From: Anaerolineaceae bacterium
GTDB taxonomy: Bacteria; Chloroflexota; Anaerolineae; Aggregatilineales; Phototrophicaceae
NCBI GenBank assembly: GCA_020634115.1
Contig: JACKCH010000011.1
Coordinates: forward strand, 667,945 to 731,944
DNA: 64,000 nucleotides
Direction: 5' to 3'
Positions within the stretch are counted from its first letter, which is position 1, and every line of letters starts with the position of its first letter. Under the pieces are notes generated by a model. It saw only the letters and a list, made by a program, of their open reading frames with translations. It was not told where the DNA came from and ran no database searches. Both the position numbers and the translations under genes were made by a program. Positions 39,744 through 51,300 of this stretch are shown here, piece after piece.

Positions 39744-40709
39744 TTACGCTTCGCTCCGCACATGGATGTAGTCCAGTTTGGAGAGTTCCCGCACCTGCTG
39801 TTCGGCGTGGTAACTGCTGCGAACCAGCGGCCCGCTTTCTACCCACTTAAAGCCCATTTCCTTGCCGATGACCTCGAAACGGTCAAATTCCTCCGGCAGA
39901 TAGAAACGCGCCACCGGCAGGTGCTGCTTGCTTGGCTGTAAATACTGGCCGATGGTGAGGATGTCTACGCCCCGATCAGCCAGGTCTTGCATCACGGCAG
40001 TCACTTCATCGAAGGTTTCGCCCAGGCCAACCATGATTCCGCTTTTTGTGAGTACGAGCGGATCCATCTGCTTGGCGTTGGCGAGGGTCGTCATCGCCCA
40101 TTCGTAATGATCCTGCGGCTGCACCATCTTGAACAGCCGGGGGACGGTTTCCACATTATGGTTCAGGATTTCCGGCTGGGCGTCCATCACGATTTTCAGC
40201 GCGTCGCGGTTGCCCTTGAAATCGGGGATCAGCACTTCGATGCTGCAACCGGGCTGAAGCTGGCGAATCCGGCGAATCACCATCGCAAAGATCGGCGCAC
40301 CGCCATCGGCGCGTTCGTCGCGGTTGACACTGGTAATCACGACATGGCGCAGTCCCATCGCCCGCACCGCCTCGGCCACCCGATTTGGCTCAGCCCAATC
40401 CAACGGGGAAGGCCGCCCAGTCTTGATGTCACAAAAGACGCAGGAACGGGTGCAGATGTCGCCCATCATCAGGAAGGTGGCCGTGCCACTGCCCCAGCAT
40501 TCCCCAATATTGGGACACAGGGCTTCTTCGCAGACGGTGTGCAGTGTCTTGCTGCGCATCAACCCCTGAACATGCTCGAAGGTTTCGCCACCAGGCGCAC
40601 GCACCTTAATCCAGGGCGGACGGCGGCGGGGGTGTTTCGGGTCGGGCTGCCATCCATCCGAGTTTGCATCCACCTGTGGGATCGCATCCGGTTCAATGAT
40701 ATTGGTCAC
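39744..40709 (-). CDS. lipA: lipoyl synthase
   Basis: CPNIGECW plus [10 protein letters not shown] radical-SAM clusters. Confidence 0.85.
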   Translation of the reverse strand: MTNIIEPDAIPQVDANSDGWQPDPKHPRRRPPWIKVRAPGGETFEHVQGLMRSKTLHTVCEEALCPNIGECWGSGTATFLMMGDICTRSCVFCDIKTGRPSPLDWAEPNRVAEAVRAMGLRHVVITSVNRDERADGGAPIFAMVIRRIRQLQPGCSIEVLIPDFKGNRDALKIVMDAQPEILNHNVETVPRLFKMVQPQDHYEWAMTTLANAKQMDPLVLTKSGIMVGLGETFDEVTAVMQDLADRGVDILTIGQYLQPSKQHLPVARFYLPEEFDRFEVIGKEMGFKWVESGPLVRSSYHAEQQVRELSKLDYIHVRSEA

Positions 40710-40790
40710 GATTAAACTCCTTCATTCAACCAACTCAGTATACCTGTTTTGGTCACGAGTGGTGATGTCCAATTCAGGCCTGACCAGTTT

Positions 40791-42683
40791 TCACTCCACA
40801 CGCAGGGTGTAGGACATCGGCACGGTGGTCTGTTCGGCGAGAGGCGAAATTGCGATAATCACCTGGTCGGCTTCCGCGTCCAGGGGCAGAGTCCATGTCC
40901 CGCTGCCCTGCGTCAGCCAGCGCGTTACAGTGACACCCTGCCCGATGCGCTGCACTGCCTGCACCCAGGCATATTGTGGTAAAACATTATCAATCCACAC
41001 CCAACCGGAAGCCTGCCAGCCGCTATCCGCCGTCTCGAAATCATCAAAATAGCCGATTTCCGAAATCTGCACATCGTCCAGCGCCAGGCCGGGCTGGGTA
41101 ATCGCATCATCGGTAATCACCGCGAACCGCACCAGAATCTCATGCCCGGCATAGGCATCCAGCACGACGCTTTCAGTAATCCAGCCGCCGCTATCCCCGG
41201 TATACGCTGGCCCATAGGCGGCGTTGTTCGTATCGCCGGTGATGGTGTGGCTCGTCGGCAGAATATCCCACGTCGCGCCGTCATCCGCGCTCACCATGAG
41301 GTAGGCGTAATCCCAATCGCTTTCGAGGGCATACCACGCTTGATAGCGCAGAGTGGCTTTCCCCACCTCCCGTAGGTCGAAGGCACGGGTGAGCGTCGTC
41401 TCACTGAAATCCGCCCGATTGCTGTACCACATAGCGCGGCCACTATAGGGCGCGGTGGGCAGCAGCGTCACCGTTTCCGGCGCTTCCAGCATGATCGTCA
41501 TCTGGCGCGAATCGGGGAGCTTGTTGAATACGTAATAATCGGTAGCATACTGGTTCACCTGCCCCGCCCACATGAACGGATAGGCTGTCGCGGTCACTTC
41601 GGGCGTGATGTGGATGAAGCGGCTGGTCGGGAGCAGGTCATAGCCATACTCTCCGTCCGCCAGTGTCGTGTCCATCAGGAAATTCGCCAGCACCCAATCG
41701 GCAAACAGGGTGTTGACATCCGTACTGCGCCGCCGCAGCACCGCGTCCACCGCCGCTAACCCGCGTTGGGAGTCTGCACTCAGTTCGTGCAGCGCATCCA
41801 GGCCGAAACGCTCATACAGATACGTCGTGAACAGCAGCGCCGCGCCATAGTTCGCCCGGCGGCCTGCGGGGTCTTCCGCCCAGGTATTGAGCTGCGTCCC
41901 CGGCGCGACCAGAAATTGCTGCGCGACATCCGCCTCGCCATACAGGTAAAGCTGCGTGAAGGTGGAAAATCCTTCATTCAACCAGTAGTCTTTGGCCTGC
42001 ATGTTATCCCGAATCATGTGTTGAAACTCGTGAGCGATGATGCTGTGGATAAAGACCGTATTCAGGCCGACAGTTCCCAGCGTATCCAGGTTGAAGACGA
42101 ACATTTCGTGTTCGTTGCTATCCGGCATCACCGCCGTAGGATAAGCGTTGTTGCTCGAATAGTACGCCCCGACCCCCGGCCCGACGCCATAGGCGAACAG
42201 CGCGTACAGGTGGGTATCGCCATCAATGCCGGGTGTAGCTTCACTGCCCCACAGATCGCGCACTGGTTCGTAAATCTCACTTTCAAAAGAAGCCGCCAGT
42301 CCTGCCAGATCACCCTCATTGATGTCGGCGCGGTCATCCACCCAGATATACAGGTGGTCACTCACCACCCGCAGCGTCGCCGTGACGGAAAAAATCTCGT
42401 TGGAGGCCGAGCCGATCACCTGGAATACCCCCTGCTCTCCGACGGTGTGGAGTGGCGCGGTCAGCGGGGGCGGCGGGATTTCCCCCACACCCCGGAAACG
42501 CTGCGCCAGGCTGACGCGATCCAGGCGTGTAATCACGGCCTGTTCCAGTGCGGTCTGGGTGGGATAGGTGGCAGGGGCGCTCTCCTGGGCGGCAGCCGCG
42601 CCGGAAAGCAGCAGCGCGACGACCAGCAGAATCACCAGTAAACGACGGGTTTTAATTGGCTTATCAGTCAGCATCGCATCCAT
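40791..42683 (-). CDS. secreted putative zinc metallopeptidase (HExxH; possibly M6 immune inhibitor A-like)
   Basis: Signal anchor RRLLVILLVVALLLSGAAAAQE. IIAHEFQHMIRD motif. Alternative starts at 42674 and 42740. Confidence 0.5.
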   Translation of the reverse strand: MDAMLTDKPIKTRRLLVILLVVALLLSGAAAAQESAPATYPTQTALEQAVITRLDRVSLAQRFRGVGEIPPPPLTAPLHTVGEQGVFQVIGSASNEIFSVTATLRVVSDHLYIWVDDRADINEGDLAGLAASFESEIYEPVRDLWGSEATPGIDGDTHLYALFAYGVGPGVGAYYSSNNAYPTAVMPDSNEHEMFVFNLDTLGTVGLNTVFIHSIIAHEFQHMIRDNMQAKDYWLNEGFSTFTQLYLYGEADVAQQFLVAPGTQLNTWAEDPAGRRANYGAALLFTTYLYERFGLDALHELSADSQRGLAAVDAVLRRRSTDVNTLFADWVLANFLMDTTLADGEYGYDLLPTSRFIHITPEVTATAYPFMWAGQVNQYATDYYVFNKLPDSRQMTIMLEAPETVTLLPTAPYSGRAMWYSNRADFSETTLTRAFDLREVGKATLRYQAWYALESDWDYAYLMVSADDGATWDILPTSHTITGDTNNAAYGPAYTGDSGGWITESVVLDAYAGHEILVRFAVITDDAITQPGLALDDVQISEIGYFDDFETADSGWQASGWVWIDNVLPQYAWVQAVQRIGQGVTVTRWLTQGSGTWTLPLDAEADQVIIAISPLAEQTTVPMSYTLRVE

Positions 42684-42803
42684 TCTCAATCTACATACAA
42701 TACACACATCACCGGTAAAAAGTGGCTGCATCCCTAGCATGTCAATTTGTTGGGAGGCGCTGGAAGTACCTTCAGGGAGTATGCGATCCTAGGAAAAATT
42801 AAC

Positions 42804-44618
42804 TCACTTACACTTCATCTCCCTTATGGCTTGTCTGGCTTGCTCTTTCTTTTCCCCATTTGGTGCAGTTCGGACATACATTGTGAAGTATTCGCACGCC
42901 TGTTCAACTCGCCCAATTCCACGAAAACTCAATCCATACCAGAATATTTCATCGGGAGTCATTATTTTCTGCCGTTGTATTGCAGCATCTAAGTCAGACT
43001 CAATATCCGCAATGTCAATATCTCTAAGTTGTTTTAGATAGAGGTATAGCCGAGCTTTTGAACGATTCAAATATGCCGGATGTTCATTTGTGCCGTGGTC
43101 AATTGTAACCGTGCAATCCGTGATAGCTTCGTCATATTGTCCAAGCTCAATATGCGCCGAGGCTCGGTTCAAATAAGCGTAAGGATGATTTGGGGACGCT
43201 TCAATTACTCGAGTAAAGTGCTTGATAGCTTCATCTAGCTTACCCATTTTGAGAAATAGTATGCCGAGGTTATGTATAGCGTCAATATAGATACCATTCT
43301 TGACTTTATCCGCCTTAATATAGTAATCAATCGCTTTTTCCGTATCGCCTCGTTCTGAATATGACACAGCAATATTAAAATACAAAGATGCCGCACTGTC
43401 CGATATGGTATCAATTAGGCGTTCAGCAATGCTAAAATCTGACTGAGCTAGTCGGTAATTTCCCAAGTGTCCATGGTTTACTGCCCGGTTCATGTAAGGT
43501 AAAGCGACCTGCGTCCCAAGAGCATTATCCACCTCTATTGCTAATGAATAGGCCTCAACAGCTTTATGATATTGCCCGATTGCCCAATGTGCATAACCCA
43601 TGTTCGAGTATGCAAAACGCAAGACCATTCTGGCACTATCGCTTAAAGGACTGCTTTTCTGCAAAATCTGATCAATAGTTGTGATTAACTTAATAACATC
43701 CTTATAACGACGATTCGCGCTGAGTGTATCACTTACTGTAACTAATGCCCCACATGCTAGAAACGAAGGCATATTTTGATTCATCTCAATGAAGAATTCT
43801 GGGGCATTGGGGTTGAGCAGTTCTTGTTGAGTGACAAACAAGCCATCGACATGCACACGACGCAAATGTGAGATCACAACCCCGGATGTAGTATCTCGCC
43901 CCCAAATCACTAGACTAGCATTGAATTTGACAAGCAGGGCTAACGCAACCCCATCTTCTTCATCGCCAAGAATATGTGATAGGGACTCAACACGAACACG
44001 TTTTATTCCAGCCTTACTTAGTATCTGCTTGATCTGTTCTGACAGCACTATCGCCGCATCGTTAGTCTGTTGTCCACGAAATGTGGCGACGAGTACAAGT
44101 AGTTCATCTTCATTTGCACGGGCGATTGATATTTCTTCGGGTTGTTGATATTTAGATTCCCTAATTTCTGCAAGAATCCTATCCGTTGATATGCGAATAG
44201 TTTGATTAATCTCGTTTTTGTTGAGTTCGAGGCATGTACCAATGACCTTAGTGTGATTCTCAAGTTGTTTCGAAAGTTGTTTAAGGCGCTCGAATGATGC
44301 CTGATCGAGAGTCTTTACTTGTCGTTCGAACTCTTTGAACAATCTGACAAATTTCTGATCATCGTTTTCTCCATCTTCATTTCCTTTCCAAAGCATTTCA
44401 AGTAAAGGGCCACCAACCGTGTCCCAGAATCCCCCGGCAAAAAGACCAATAACTGCTGGGAGCATCCCTGAACTTCCGGTTGTTGTTGACAGTTCGGCTA
44501 AAGTGGAAAGAATGATAATGGAATAGCCAATAGTTGCTGTTGCGGTATATCCAGTAGTTTGAATACGATGAATTAAATTTGAGACTATTTTATTTGTGCT
44601 GTTATCTTGATTACTCAT
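42804..44618 (-). CDS. membrane-anchored TPR-repeat protein with a central alpha/beta domain of unknown function, on a low-GC island
   Basis: Two N-terminal transmembrane helices. Coiled-coil. LVLVATFRG...ALALLVKFNASLVIWG Rossmann-like segment. Several C-terminal TPR units (AYLNRA..., AIDYY...). About 40% GC versus about 62% in the flanks. Confidence 0.6.
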   Translation of the reverse strand: MSNQDNSTNKIVSNLIHRIQTTGYTATATIGYSIIILSTLAELSTTTGSSGMLPAVIGLFAGGFWDTVGGPLLEMLWKGNEDGENDDQKFVRLFKEFERQVKTLDQASFERLKQLSKQLENHTKVIGTCLELNKNEINQTIRISTDRILAEIRESKYQQPEEISIARANEDELLVLVATFRGQQTNDAAIVLSEQIKQILSKAGIKRVRVESLSHILGDEEDGVALALLVKFNASLVIWGRDTTSGVVISHLRRVHVDGLFVTQQELLNPNAPEFFIEMNQNMPSFLACGALVTVSDTLSANRRYKDVIKLITTIDQILQKSSPLSDSARMVLRFAYSNMGYAHWAIGQYHKAVEAYSLAIEVDNALGTQVALPYMNRAVNHGHLGNYRLAQSDFSIAERLIDTISDSAASLYFNIAVSYSERGDTEKAIDYYIKADKVKNGIYIDAIHNLGILFLKMGKLDEAIKHFTRVIEASPNHPYAYLNRASAHIELGQYDEAITDCTVTIDHGTNEHPAYLNRSKARLYLYLKQLRDIDIADIESDLDAAIQRQKIMTPDEIFWYGLSFRGIGRVEQACEYFTMYVRTAPNGEKKEQARQAIREMKCK

Positions 44619-44710
44619 AGACTATCTCCTTGTACTTTAAATTACTCGATTTTATCTCGCCCGCAAAGAAATCAATGGTCTACAGGCAAAAAAAATACAC
44701 CCCAAACACC

Positions 44711-44738
44711 TTGACATATTGACATATATCAATATAAT
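44711..44738 (+). promoter_or_regulatory. sigma-70-like promoter (TTGACA-16-TATAAT) with an embedded imperfect palindrome ATATTGACAT-ATATCAATAT (putative ArsR operator)
   Basis: Read directly from the sequence upstream of the arsR-arsM pair. Confidence 0.5.
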
Positions 44739-44745
44739 GAGAATC

Positions 44746-45072
44746 ATGATGGACGATACGGTACTCTTTGCGAAGGCGATGGCCGACGATACGCGCCAGG
44801 AGATCATGAGCCACCTGTGCTGTGCGTGGCTCAATGTCAATGACCTGGTGGATAAGCTGGGCGGCAAGGTGAAGCAGCCTACGGTCAGCCATCACCTCAA
44901 AATTCTGGAAGAAGCCGGGCTGGTGGACGTGCGCCAGGAAGGTAAATTCCGTTACTACGCGCTCAACCAGGAGCGCGTGACGGTTTGCTGCGGCATGTTG
45001 ATGCGGACTTTTGCGCCGGAATCATCGCACACGCTCGTACCGATCAGCGAGATACCCGTGAAGAAGGATTAA
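44746..45072 (+). CDS. arsR: ArsR/SmtB family metalloregulator
   Basis: Winged helix-turn-helix. Start is uncertain: the ORF opens at 44719, but the promoter elements lie inside that extension. Confidence 0.6.
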   Translation: MMDDTVLFAKAMADDTRQEIMSHLCCAWLNVNDLVDKLGGKVKQPTVSHHLKILEEAGLVDVRQEGKFRYYALNQERVTVCCGMLMRTFAPESSHTLVPISEIPVKKD

Positions 45073-45128
45073 CCCTTCTCTTTTTTTCGACCATCGTATC
45101 GAAGATTATCAATATGGAGGATTGAAAC

Positions 45129-45887
45129 ATGGCTCAGAACGATATTCACAGCGCGGTTCAGGAACGGTACGGTGCGATTGCCGAGAATACATCATCCTGC
45201 TGCGGCCCGGCGACAGACTGCGGCTGCGATACACCCTCGGCGACGCTGTATGACAACGCCTTGTTGGAAGGGCTGCCGGTAGACGTAACCAACCTCTCGT
45301 TAGGCTGTGGCGACCCGGTGAGCATCGCCAGCCTGAACCCCGGCGAAACCGTGCTTGACCTGGGCAGTGGCGGCGGGATTGACTGTTTCCTGGCCGCGCG
45401 TCAGGTGGGCGAAACCGGCTATGTGATTGGTGTGGACATGACTCCGGCGATGCTGATGAAGGCCAACGCCAACAAGGTACAGATGGGTGTCCATAACGTG
45501 GAATTCCGCCGGGGACAGATTGAAGCCCTGCCAGTGACGGATAACAGTGTGGACGTGGTGATGTCGAACTGCGTCATCAACCTGTCACCGGATAAAACCG
45601 CCGTATTCGGGGAGGCCTTCCGCGTCCTCAAACCGGGCGGGCGGGTTTCGATCAGCGACATCGTGACCGAAGGCGAATTCAGCGACGCGCTCAAAGCCGA
45701 CATGGCAAAATGGTCAGAATGCGTGACCGGCGCGATTGACGTGGCCGACTACACCGCGCGGATGCAGGCCGCCGGATTTGTGGATATTCAGGTGGTGAGC
45801 AAGGTGAATGCGGAAGGTATCGTGCCGCGCCAGGATGGAATGCCCAGCATTTTCAGCGCCCGCATCACGGCGTACAAACCGGCCTGA
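45129..45887 (+). CDS. arsM: arsenite S-adenosylmethionine methyltransferase-like class I methyltransferase
   Basis: N-terminal Cys cluster [27 protein letters not shown] motif. SNCVINL conserved Cys. Confidence 0.65.
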   Translation: MAQNDIHSAVQERYGAIAENTSSCCGPATDCGCDTPSATLYDNALLEGLPVDVTNLSLGCGDPVSIASLNPGETVLDLGSGGGIDCFLAARQVGETGYVIGVDMTPAMLMKANANKVQMGVHNVEFRRGQIEALPVTDNSVDVVMSNCVINLSPDKTAVFGEAFRVLKPGGRVSISDIVTEGEFSDALKADMAKWSECVTGAIDVADYTARMQAAGFVDIQVVSKVNAEGIVPRQDGMPSIFSARITAYKPA

Positions 45888-45916
45888 GGCAGAGACAACC
45901 GCGATAAGGGAAATAT

Positions 45917-45944
45917 GTAGGGGCGCACGGCGGTGCGCCCCTAC
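45917..45944. repeat. REP-like palindrome GTAGGGGCGCAC-GGCG-GTGCGCCCCTAC
   Basis: The right arm plus flank (acggcggtgcgcccctacgaaa) is also present at 7032-7053. Confidence 0.7.
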
Positions 45945-45991
45945 GAAAGAATCACCGTGCTAATGGGATTTTACAAATTGGCTCGGAATGC

Positions 45992-46957
45992 CTACCCCAG
46001 CGCGTTCGGGTTGACAACGTTCTGGAAATCCCCTTTTTTGAGCGCCTGTATCACCAGTTCCGCTGCTTCGACGGCCACCGCGACCTGCGCCTGATCGGTG
46101 CTGGCCGCCAGGTGAGGCGTATGCACCACCCCCGGCAAGCTGAGAAGCGGGTTATCACTGGCGGGCGGTTCCGGGTCGTAAACATCCAGTGCCGCCCCGG
46201 CCACCTGCCCGCTCTGAATCGCCGCCGCCAGCGCCGCCTCGTCAATCAGCGCCCCGCGTGCCGCGTTCACAATCCGCACGCCATATTTCATCCGGGCGAT
46301 GCTCTCGGCGTTAATCATATGGCGGGTTTCATCGGTCACCAGGCTGTGCAGGGAGATATAGTCGGAACGGCTGAACAGATTATCCAGGCTGATGAGTTCC
46401 ACGCCAAAGTCCTCAGCGATGTCCAGCGCGATATACGGGTCATGGGCGACGACGGTCATCTCGAAGGCTTGCGCCCGTTTCGCCAGCGCCCGCCCGATCC
46501 GGCCAAAACCCACGATACCCAGTATCGCGCCGCGTAGTTCGTTCCCCATGAATGTTTTACGATCCCACTTACCCTCGTTCATGGAGATGTGCGCCTGGGG
46601 GATATGTCGCGCCAACGCCAGCATCAGCCCGAAGGCGTGCTCGGCAGTGGAGACGGTGTTCCCGCCGGGCGTATTCACCACCGCGATACCCTTCAGCGTG
46701 GCAGTGTCCAGGTCGACGTTGTCCACACCCACCCCGGCGCGGGCGATGATCTTCAGCTTATTGGCTGCGTTCAGGAGTTCGGCGTCAGCTTTGGTGGCGC
46801 TGCGGATAATCAGTGCGTCGGCATCCCCGATAGCGGCCAACGTCTCGGCACGGCTCATCTTGCCAGGGGCAGTTACGGTGATGTCTCCGGCACTCTGGAG
46901 AATGTCCAGCGCCGCCTGATCGACGTTATCCGGTACAAGTACATGAAATTGAGTCAT
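45992..46957 (-). CDS. D-isomer-specific 2-hydroxyacid dehydrogenase (phosphoglycerate dehydrogenase-like, no ACT domain)
   Basis: GIVGFGRIGRALAKRA NAD-binding motif. Confidence 0.7.
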   Translation of the reverse strand: MTQFHVLVPDNVDQAALDILQSAGDITVTAPGKMSRAETLAAIGDADALIIRSATKADAELLNAANKLKIIARAGVGVDNVDLDTATLKGIAVVNTPGGNTVSTAEHAFGLMLALARHIPQAHISMNEGKWDRKTFMGNELRGAILGIVGFGRIGRALAKRAQAFEMTVVAHDPYIALDIAEDFGVELISLDNLFSRSDYISLHSLVTDETRHMINAESIARMKYGVRIVNAARGALIDEAALAAAIQSGQVAGAALDVYDPEPPASDNPLLSLPGVVHTPHLAASTDQAQVAVAVEAAELVIQALKKGDFQNVVNPNALG

Positions 46958-46961
46958 GGTC

Positions 46962-48047
46962 TTATACCCCCAGGAAGGCGTCCAGGCCGGTCAACACTTC
47001 TTCCAGGAAATCCGTCTGCATATCGCCCATATGCGCGATGCGGAAGGTCTTCCCTTTAATTTTGCCGTAGCCTTTATCCATGCTGAACCCTTTGTCCCCC
47101 ATGAAAGAGGCCATTGTATTCACGTCAATATCGCGGGTGTTAGCAACCGTCGTCACGGTGGGAGAACGGTAGCCTTCCTGCGCGAAAAAGCCAAAACCGC
47201 GCTGGTTGACCCAGTTTGCCGTCATGTCACGCAGGGACTGATGCCGCGCCCAGCGGTTTTCCAGCCCTTCGGCCAGGATGTCGTCCAGCTGCTTGTCAGC
47301 CGCGAACATCAGGGCGACGGGCGGTGTCGAGGGCGTATTGTTCTTTTGCAGGCTCTTGTCGAGTTCGAGGAAGTCAAAATAGTAGCCCCGATTCGTGACC
47401 TGTTCGGCGCGTTTGAGCACCCGGTCACTCACAGCGGCGAAGGCGATGCCTGGTGGCAGCGCGAAGGCCTTCTGCGAAGAAGTCAGGGCGATATCAATGC
47501 CCCATTCATCCACCCGCAGTTCCGCGCCCAGGAAACCGCTCACGCTGTCGACCAACAGCAGCGTATCGTCGTACTGGCGCACCACTTCCCCAATCGCCTG
47601 AATCGGGTTGGTCACACCTGTGCTGGTTTCATTGTGGACGACACACACCGCGTCATACGAATCTTTCTTCAGCGCCTCGGCGACCATTTCCGGCGTGTGT
47701 GCCTGCCCCCACTCGACTTCCAGCACATCCACCGTTTTCCCGTTCAGTTGGCTGACCTCTGCCCAGCGTTCACTGAACGCCCCGCCGACCAGGTGCAGCG
47801 CCTTACGATCATCACGGATACAGTTACGCGACGCGCCTTCCCACAGGCCAGTGCCGGATGAGCCGCTGACCAGCACGCGATTTTGTGTCAGAAACGCCTG
47901 TTTGAGCTTGCTCTGCAAGCGGGCAAAAAGATCAGCGAACGCTTTTGAACGGTGTCCGATCATCCATTCTGTCTGTGCGTCCAGGATTTCCCGGCGGACT
48001 TCCACCGGGCCGGGTATGACGAGCCGTTTATGGTTGTCTGTAGGCAT
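46962..48047 (-). CDS. class V aminotransferase (serine-pyruvate / phosphoserine aminotransferase type)
   Basis: GAGGGA ribosome-binding site before ATG at 48047. PGPVEV start. Adjacent to the dehydrogenase, suggesting the phosphorylated serine pathway. Confidence 0.65.
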   Translation of the reverse strand: MPTDNHKRLVIPGPVEVRREILDAQTEWMIGHRSKAFADLFARLQSKLKQAFLTQNRVLVSGSSGTGLWEGASRNCIRDDRKALHLVGGAFSERWAEVSQLNGKTVDVLEVEWGQAHTPEMVAEALKKDSYDAVCVVHNETSTGVTNPIQAIGEVVRQYDDTLLLVDSVSGFLGAELRVDEWGIDIALTSSQKAFALPPGIAFAAVSDRVLKRAEQVTNRGYYFDFLELDKSLQKNNTPSTPPVALMFAADKQLDDILAEGLENRWARHQSLRDMTANWVNQRGFGFFAQEGYRSPTVTTVANTRDIDVNTMASFMGDKGFSMDKGYGKIKGKTFRIAHMGDMQTDFLEEVLTGLDAFLGV

Positions 48048-48195
48048 TTTTCCCTCACGGAGGATATTGTGACAAACAGCGCAATTGTAACGCAACGGGC
48101 GGAGGATGTACAGCGAACGCCCTACCGTGATCCGGGCGATTGCATCCAAATGGAGATTTCACATGGATGACCATTTTGGGTCTTTTTGCCTCCCT

Positions 48196-48295
48196 CTAAA
48201 TCTCCCCCGCCAGCGGGGACGACTTGTTTGTCCTGCCTGACCAGTCTCCGCCCTGTTTACGGGGAGGGTTAGGGAGGGGTGGAAAAAGTGATTTT
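48196..48295 (+). repeat. dispersed ~100-nt repeat, copy 2
   Basis: See 11249-11382. Confidence 0.7.
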
Positions 48296-48376
48296 CCCCT
48301 GTACCTTAAGTGCGGACTCCGGCGGGGTGTGCTAGAATAATGACCATATTGGGGTGCAAAATAGGGTTATTTTTTC

Positions 48377-51300
48377 ATGATCGGTACCCGACTTGGGACA
48401 TACGAACTGATTGAGGAAGTCGGCAAGGGGGGTATGGCGACGGTTTACCGCGCTTACCAACCAAATGTCGGACGTTATGTGGCCGTCAAAGTCATTCACC
48501 GCTCGATTGCTGCCGACCAGCAGGGATTAGAACGTTTCCAGCGTGAAGCTCGCCTAGTTGCCCGCCTGGAACATCCCCACCTGCTGCCCATTTATGATTA
48601 CGATGGCGCTAATGACCCGCCGTACATCGTCATGCGTTACCTGGAAAGCGGCACGCTCAAGGATGTGCTCGGGCGGGGAAAACTCCCCCCTGATGAAATC
48701 GCTTATATGGTGCGCCAGATCGCCTCGGCGCTGGATTACGCCCACCGTCAGAGTGTGGTTCACCGCGACATCAAGCCCTCCAACATCATGATTGATGCCG
48801 ACGGGAACGCCTTCCTCACGGATTTCGGTATCGCCCGCATGACGGAAGGCGGCCAGGGGCTGACTCAGACCGGCTACACGGTTGGCACGCCGGGCTATAT
48901 GTCGCCGGAACAGGGACTCGGCGGGGATGTAGATGGCCGAGCGGATATTTACTCGCTCGGTGTGATGGTCTTTGAGATGGTCACGGGACGTCTGCCCTAT
49001 ACAGCCGATACGCCCATGGCCGTGATTCTTAAACACGTCAATGACCCAATCCCGGTGGCCTCTGAAGTTGACCCAACCGTCAGCACCGCGCTCGACTCGG
49101 TGTTGGCGAAGGTGCTGGCGAAAAACCCGGAAGACCGTTACCAGAGCGCAGCGGCTTTCGCCAGCGCGCTGGCATCCGCCCTGGATGCCGACATCAACGC
49201 CACACCCACCATGCTGCGGATGGCCGCTCAACAGACCATTGATGTTCTGGTGGAAAAACGCGAAGAAAACAAAGACACCATCAACCAGACGATGGCAAAA
49301 TTCGACGCCGAACGCGAGCGGCGGGGCGGAACCAACGTGGACGATGCCCCAACCACACGCACACCCAGCGCGCCGATGGCTGCGACAGGTGCTCCCGAAC
49401 CCACCACACCTATACAACAGGGGCGCCCGCCAGTCTGGTTACTGGGCGTGGGCGCGATAGCGATTATCGCTGTGGTGGTAGTGCTGGTTCTAGGCAGTGG
49501 TGGGAATAATGATGTGGACACCACACAAACTGCCGTGGCACTGGCATTGGTGCAGACCAGTACCGCCGAAGCAGCGGTAAAGGCGACGGATCGTCCTACG
49601 CAGGCCGTAGTCGCAGCAACCGATACGGGTGTTCCGCCACAGCCCACGCAAACAGACACCTCGCTACCGACCCATACGGCGACGGCAACCAGCACAGCCA
49701 CCGCGACGGATACGCCCACCGCCACTAAGACGCCAACGGCCACGCCGACGGCCACGCTCACCAGTACCCCCACTGCCACCAGAACGCCGACGCCCACCCA
49801 TACGCCCACACCGGCGACTCCGGTGGTACAGGCGCTCCGGAGTGTGGTGGTGCGAACCGGGCCAGGCACGCAATATGGACTCCTGGGGAACGTTGGGGCG
49901 GATACGGAACTGATTCTGATCGGCATTAGCGAAGATGGCGGCTGGTTCCAGGTGATTATGCCCGATGGCATGGTGGGCTGGATGGCGGCATCTTCGGCAT
50001 CGGCGGCGGCCTTCGGCAACCTGCGCGATGTCCCGGTGGCGCTTGCCCCCACTAACACGCCGTCCAAAACACCTATTCCGACGAACACATCCACGGCGAC
50101 GAACACCCCCACACCGACGGCGACCAGTACGGCCACGCACACGCCATCGAACACGCCAACGGCCACCAATACACCGACCAGCACGCCGACGGCGACCAGT
50201 ACCGCCACCAACACGCCATCTGATACACCGACGGCGACGAATACCCCCACCAGCACGCCGACCCATACGCCGTCACCTACCGCGACGTTCGCGTTTACGG
50301 CTACGCCGATCCCATCGCCCACGCCGATTCCCGCCGGGCGACTGCCGTATGTGGCGGATTTCGAGAGCGGCAATCCGGTCAGCGACTGGGACTTCGACCC
50401 GGAATTCTGGCAGGTCGTGCCGGAAGGCGGGGAAAACGTCCTCATCGGGCAGGCGCGGCTCGACCAACCGCTGGTGATGCTGGGGCGCGGCCAACCTGAA
50501 TGGCTAGAATCCACCGCCAGTGACATCGTCATCAGTTTCAGCTTTAACCTGGCGTCGCAGTCTGGCGGGGCGCGGATGATCTTCCGCTGCACCGGCGGGG
50601 ATGCCTGCCCCGGTGGTTATAACGTGGTGGAAGTGCTGCCCGGCCTGTTGAGCCTCAAGCGCAACGCCCCCACGTCGAACATTTTTGACCCCAGTACCGA
50701 ACGCTTTGTCACGCGGGCGGTGAGTGCGCCTATCCAGGCCAACCAGTGGTATGACCTGACAATCTGGGTGGAAGGCAACCGGATTTTTGTGTACCTGGAT
50801 CGGCAGCTTCTGATCTCGGGTAACGATACGATTTCGCCGCAGTTGGGCGCGGGGCAGATTCTCCTGCAAACCAACAGCGCGTTCCGCGAAGTGCGCTTCG
50901 ATAACATCATCGTGCAGCGCGCTGAATCCGCCAGCGACCACTTCGAGATTTCCGGCCTGCCGCGTACCTGGGAAACCACCAGCACCACGCTGACGACCAT
51001 CCAGACCGAAAGTAACGGCAACCAGTATGTCGAGATGCGCGACGATGACACGCTCACCCCGGTCATGCAGCCGATTCGAGATGTGACGCTGGCCTGCCGG
51101 GTGCAATCGGTGCAGGGCGGCTACCAGATCGAAATCCGCAAGAATGCCGGCGGGTCGCTCCTGCTCGACATGGATGCTGGAAACCTAACTCTCTCGCAGT
51201 TAGACGGCGCGGGCGGGGTCATCGCGACCCGCCGCATCACCAATTTCTATAATCGCAACCGGTGGGAAGACGTAAATATCTCCTTCATTGGTGATCGCCT

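Noticed and set aside
49228-50592. Long minus-strand ORFs (49228-50592, 49664-50266, 50073-50276) inside the kinase gene.
   Set aside because: They overlap the Thr/Pro-rich repeat linker of the kinase. Repeat DNA keeps the antisense frames open, giving low-complexity translations.
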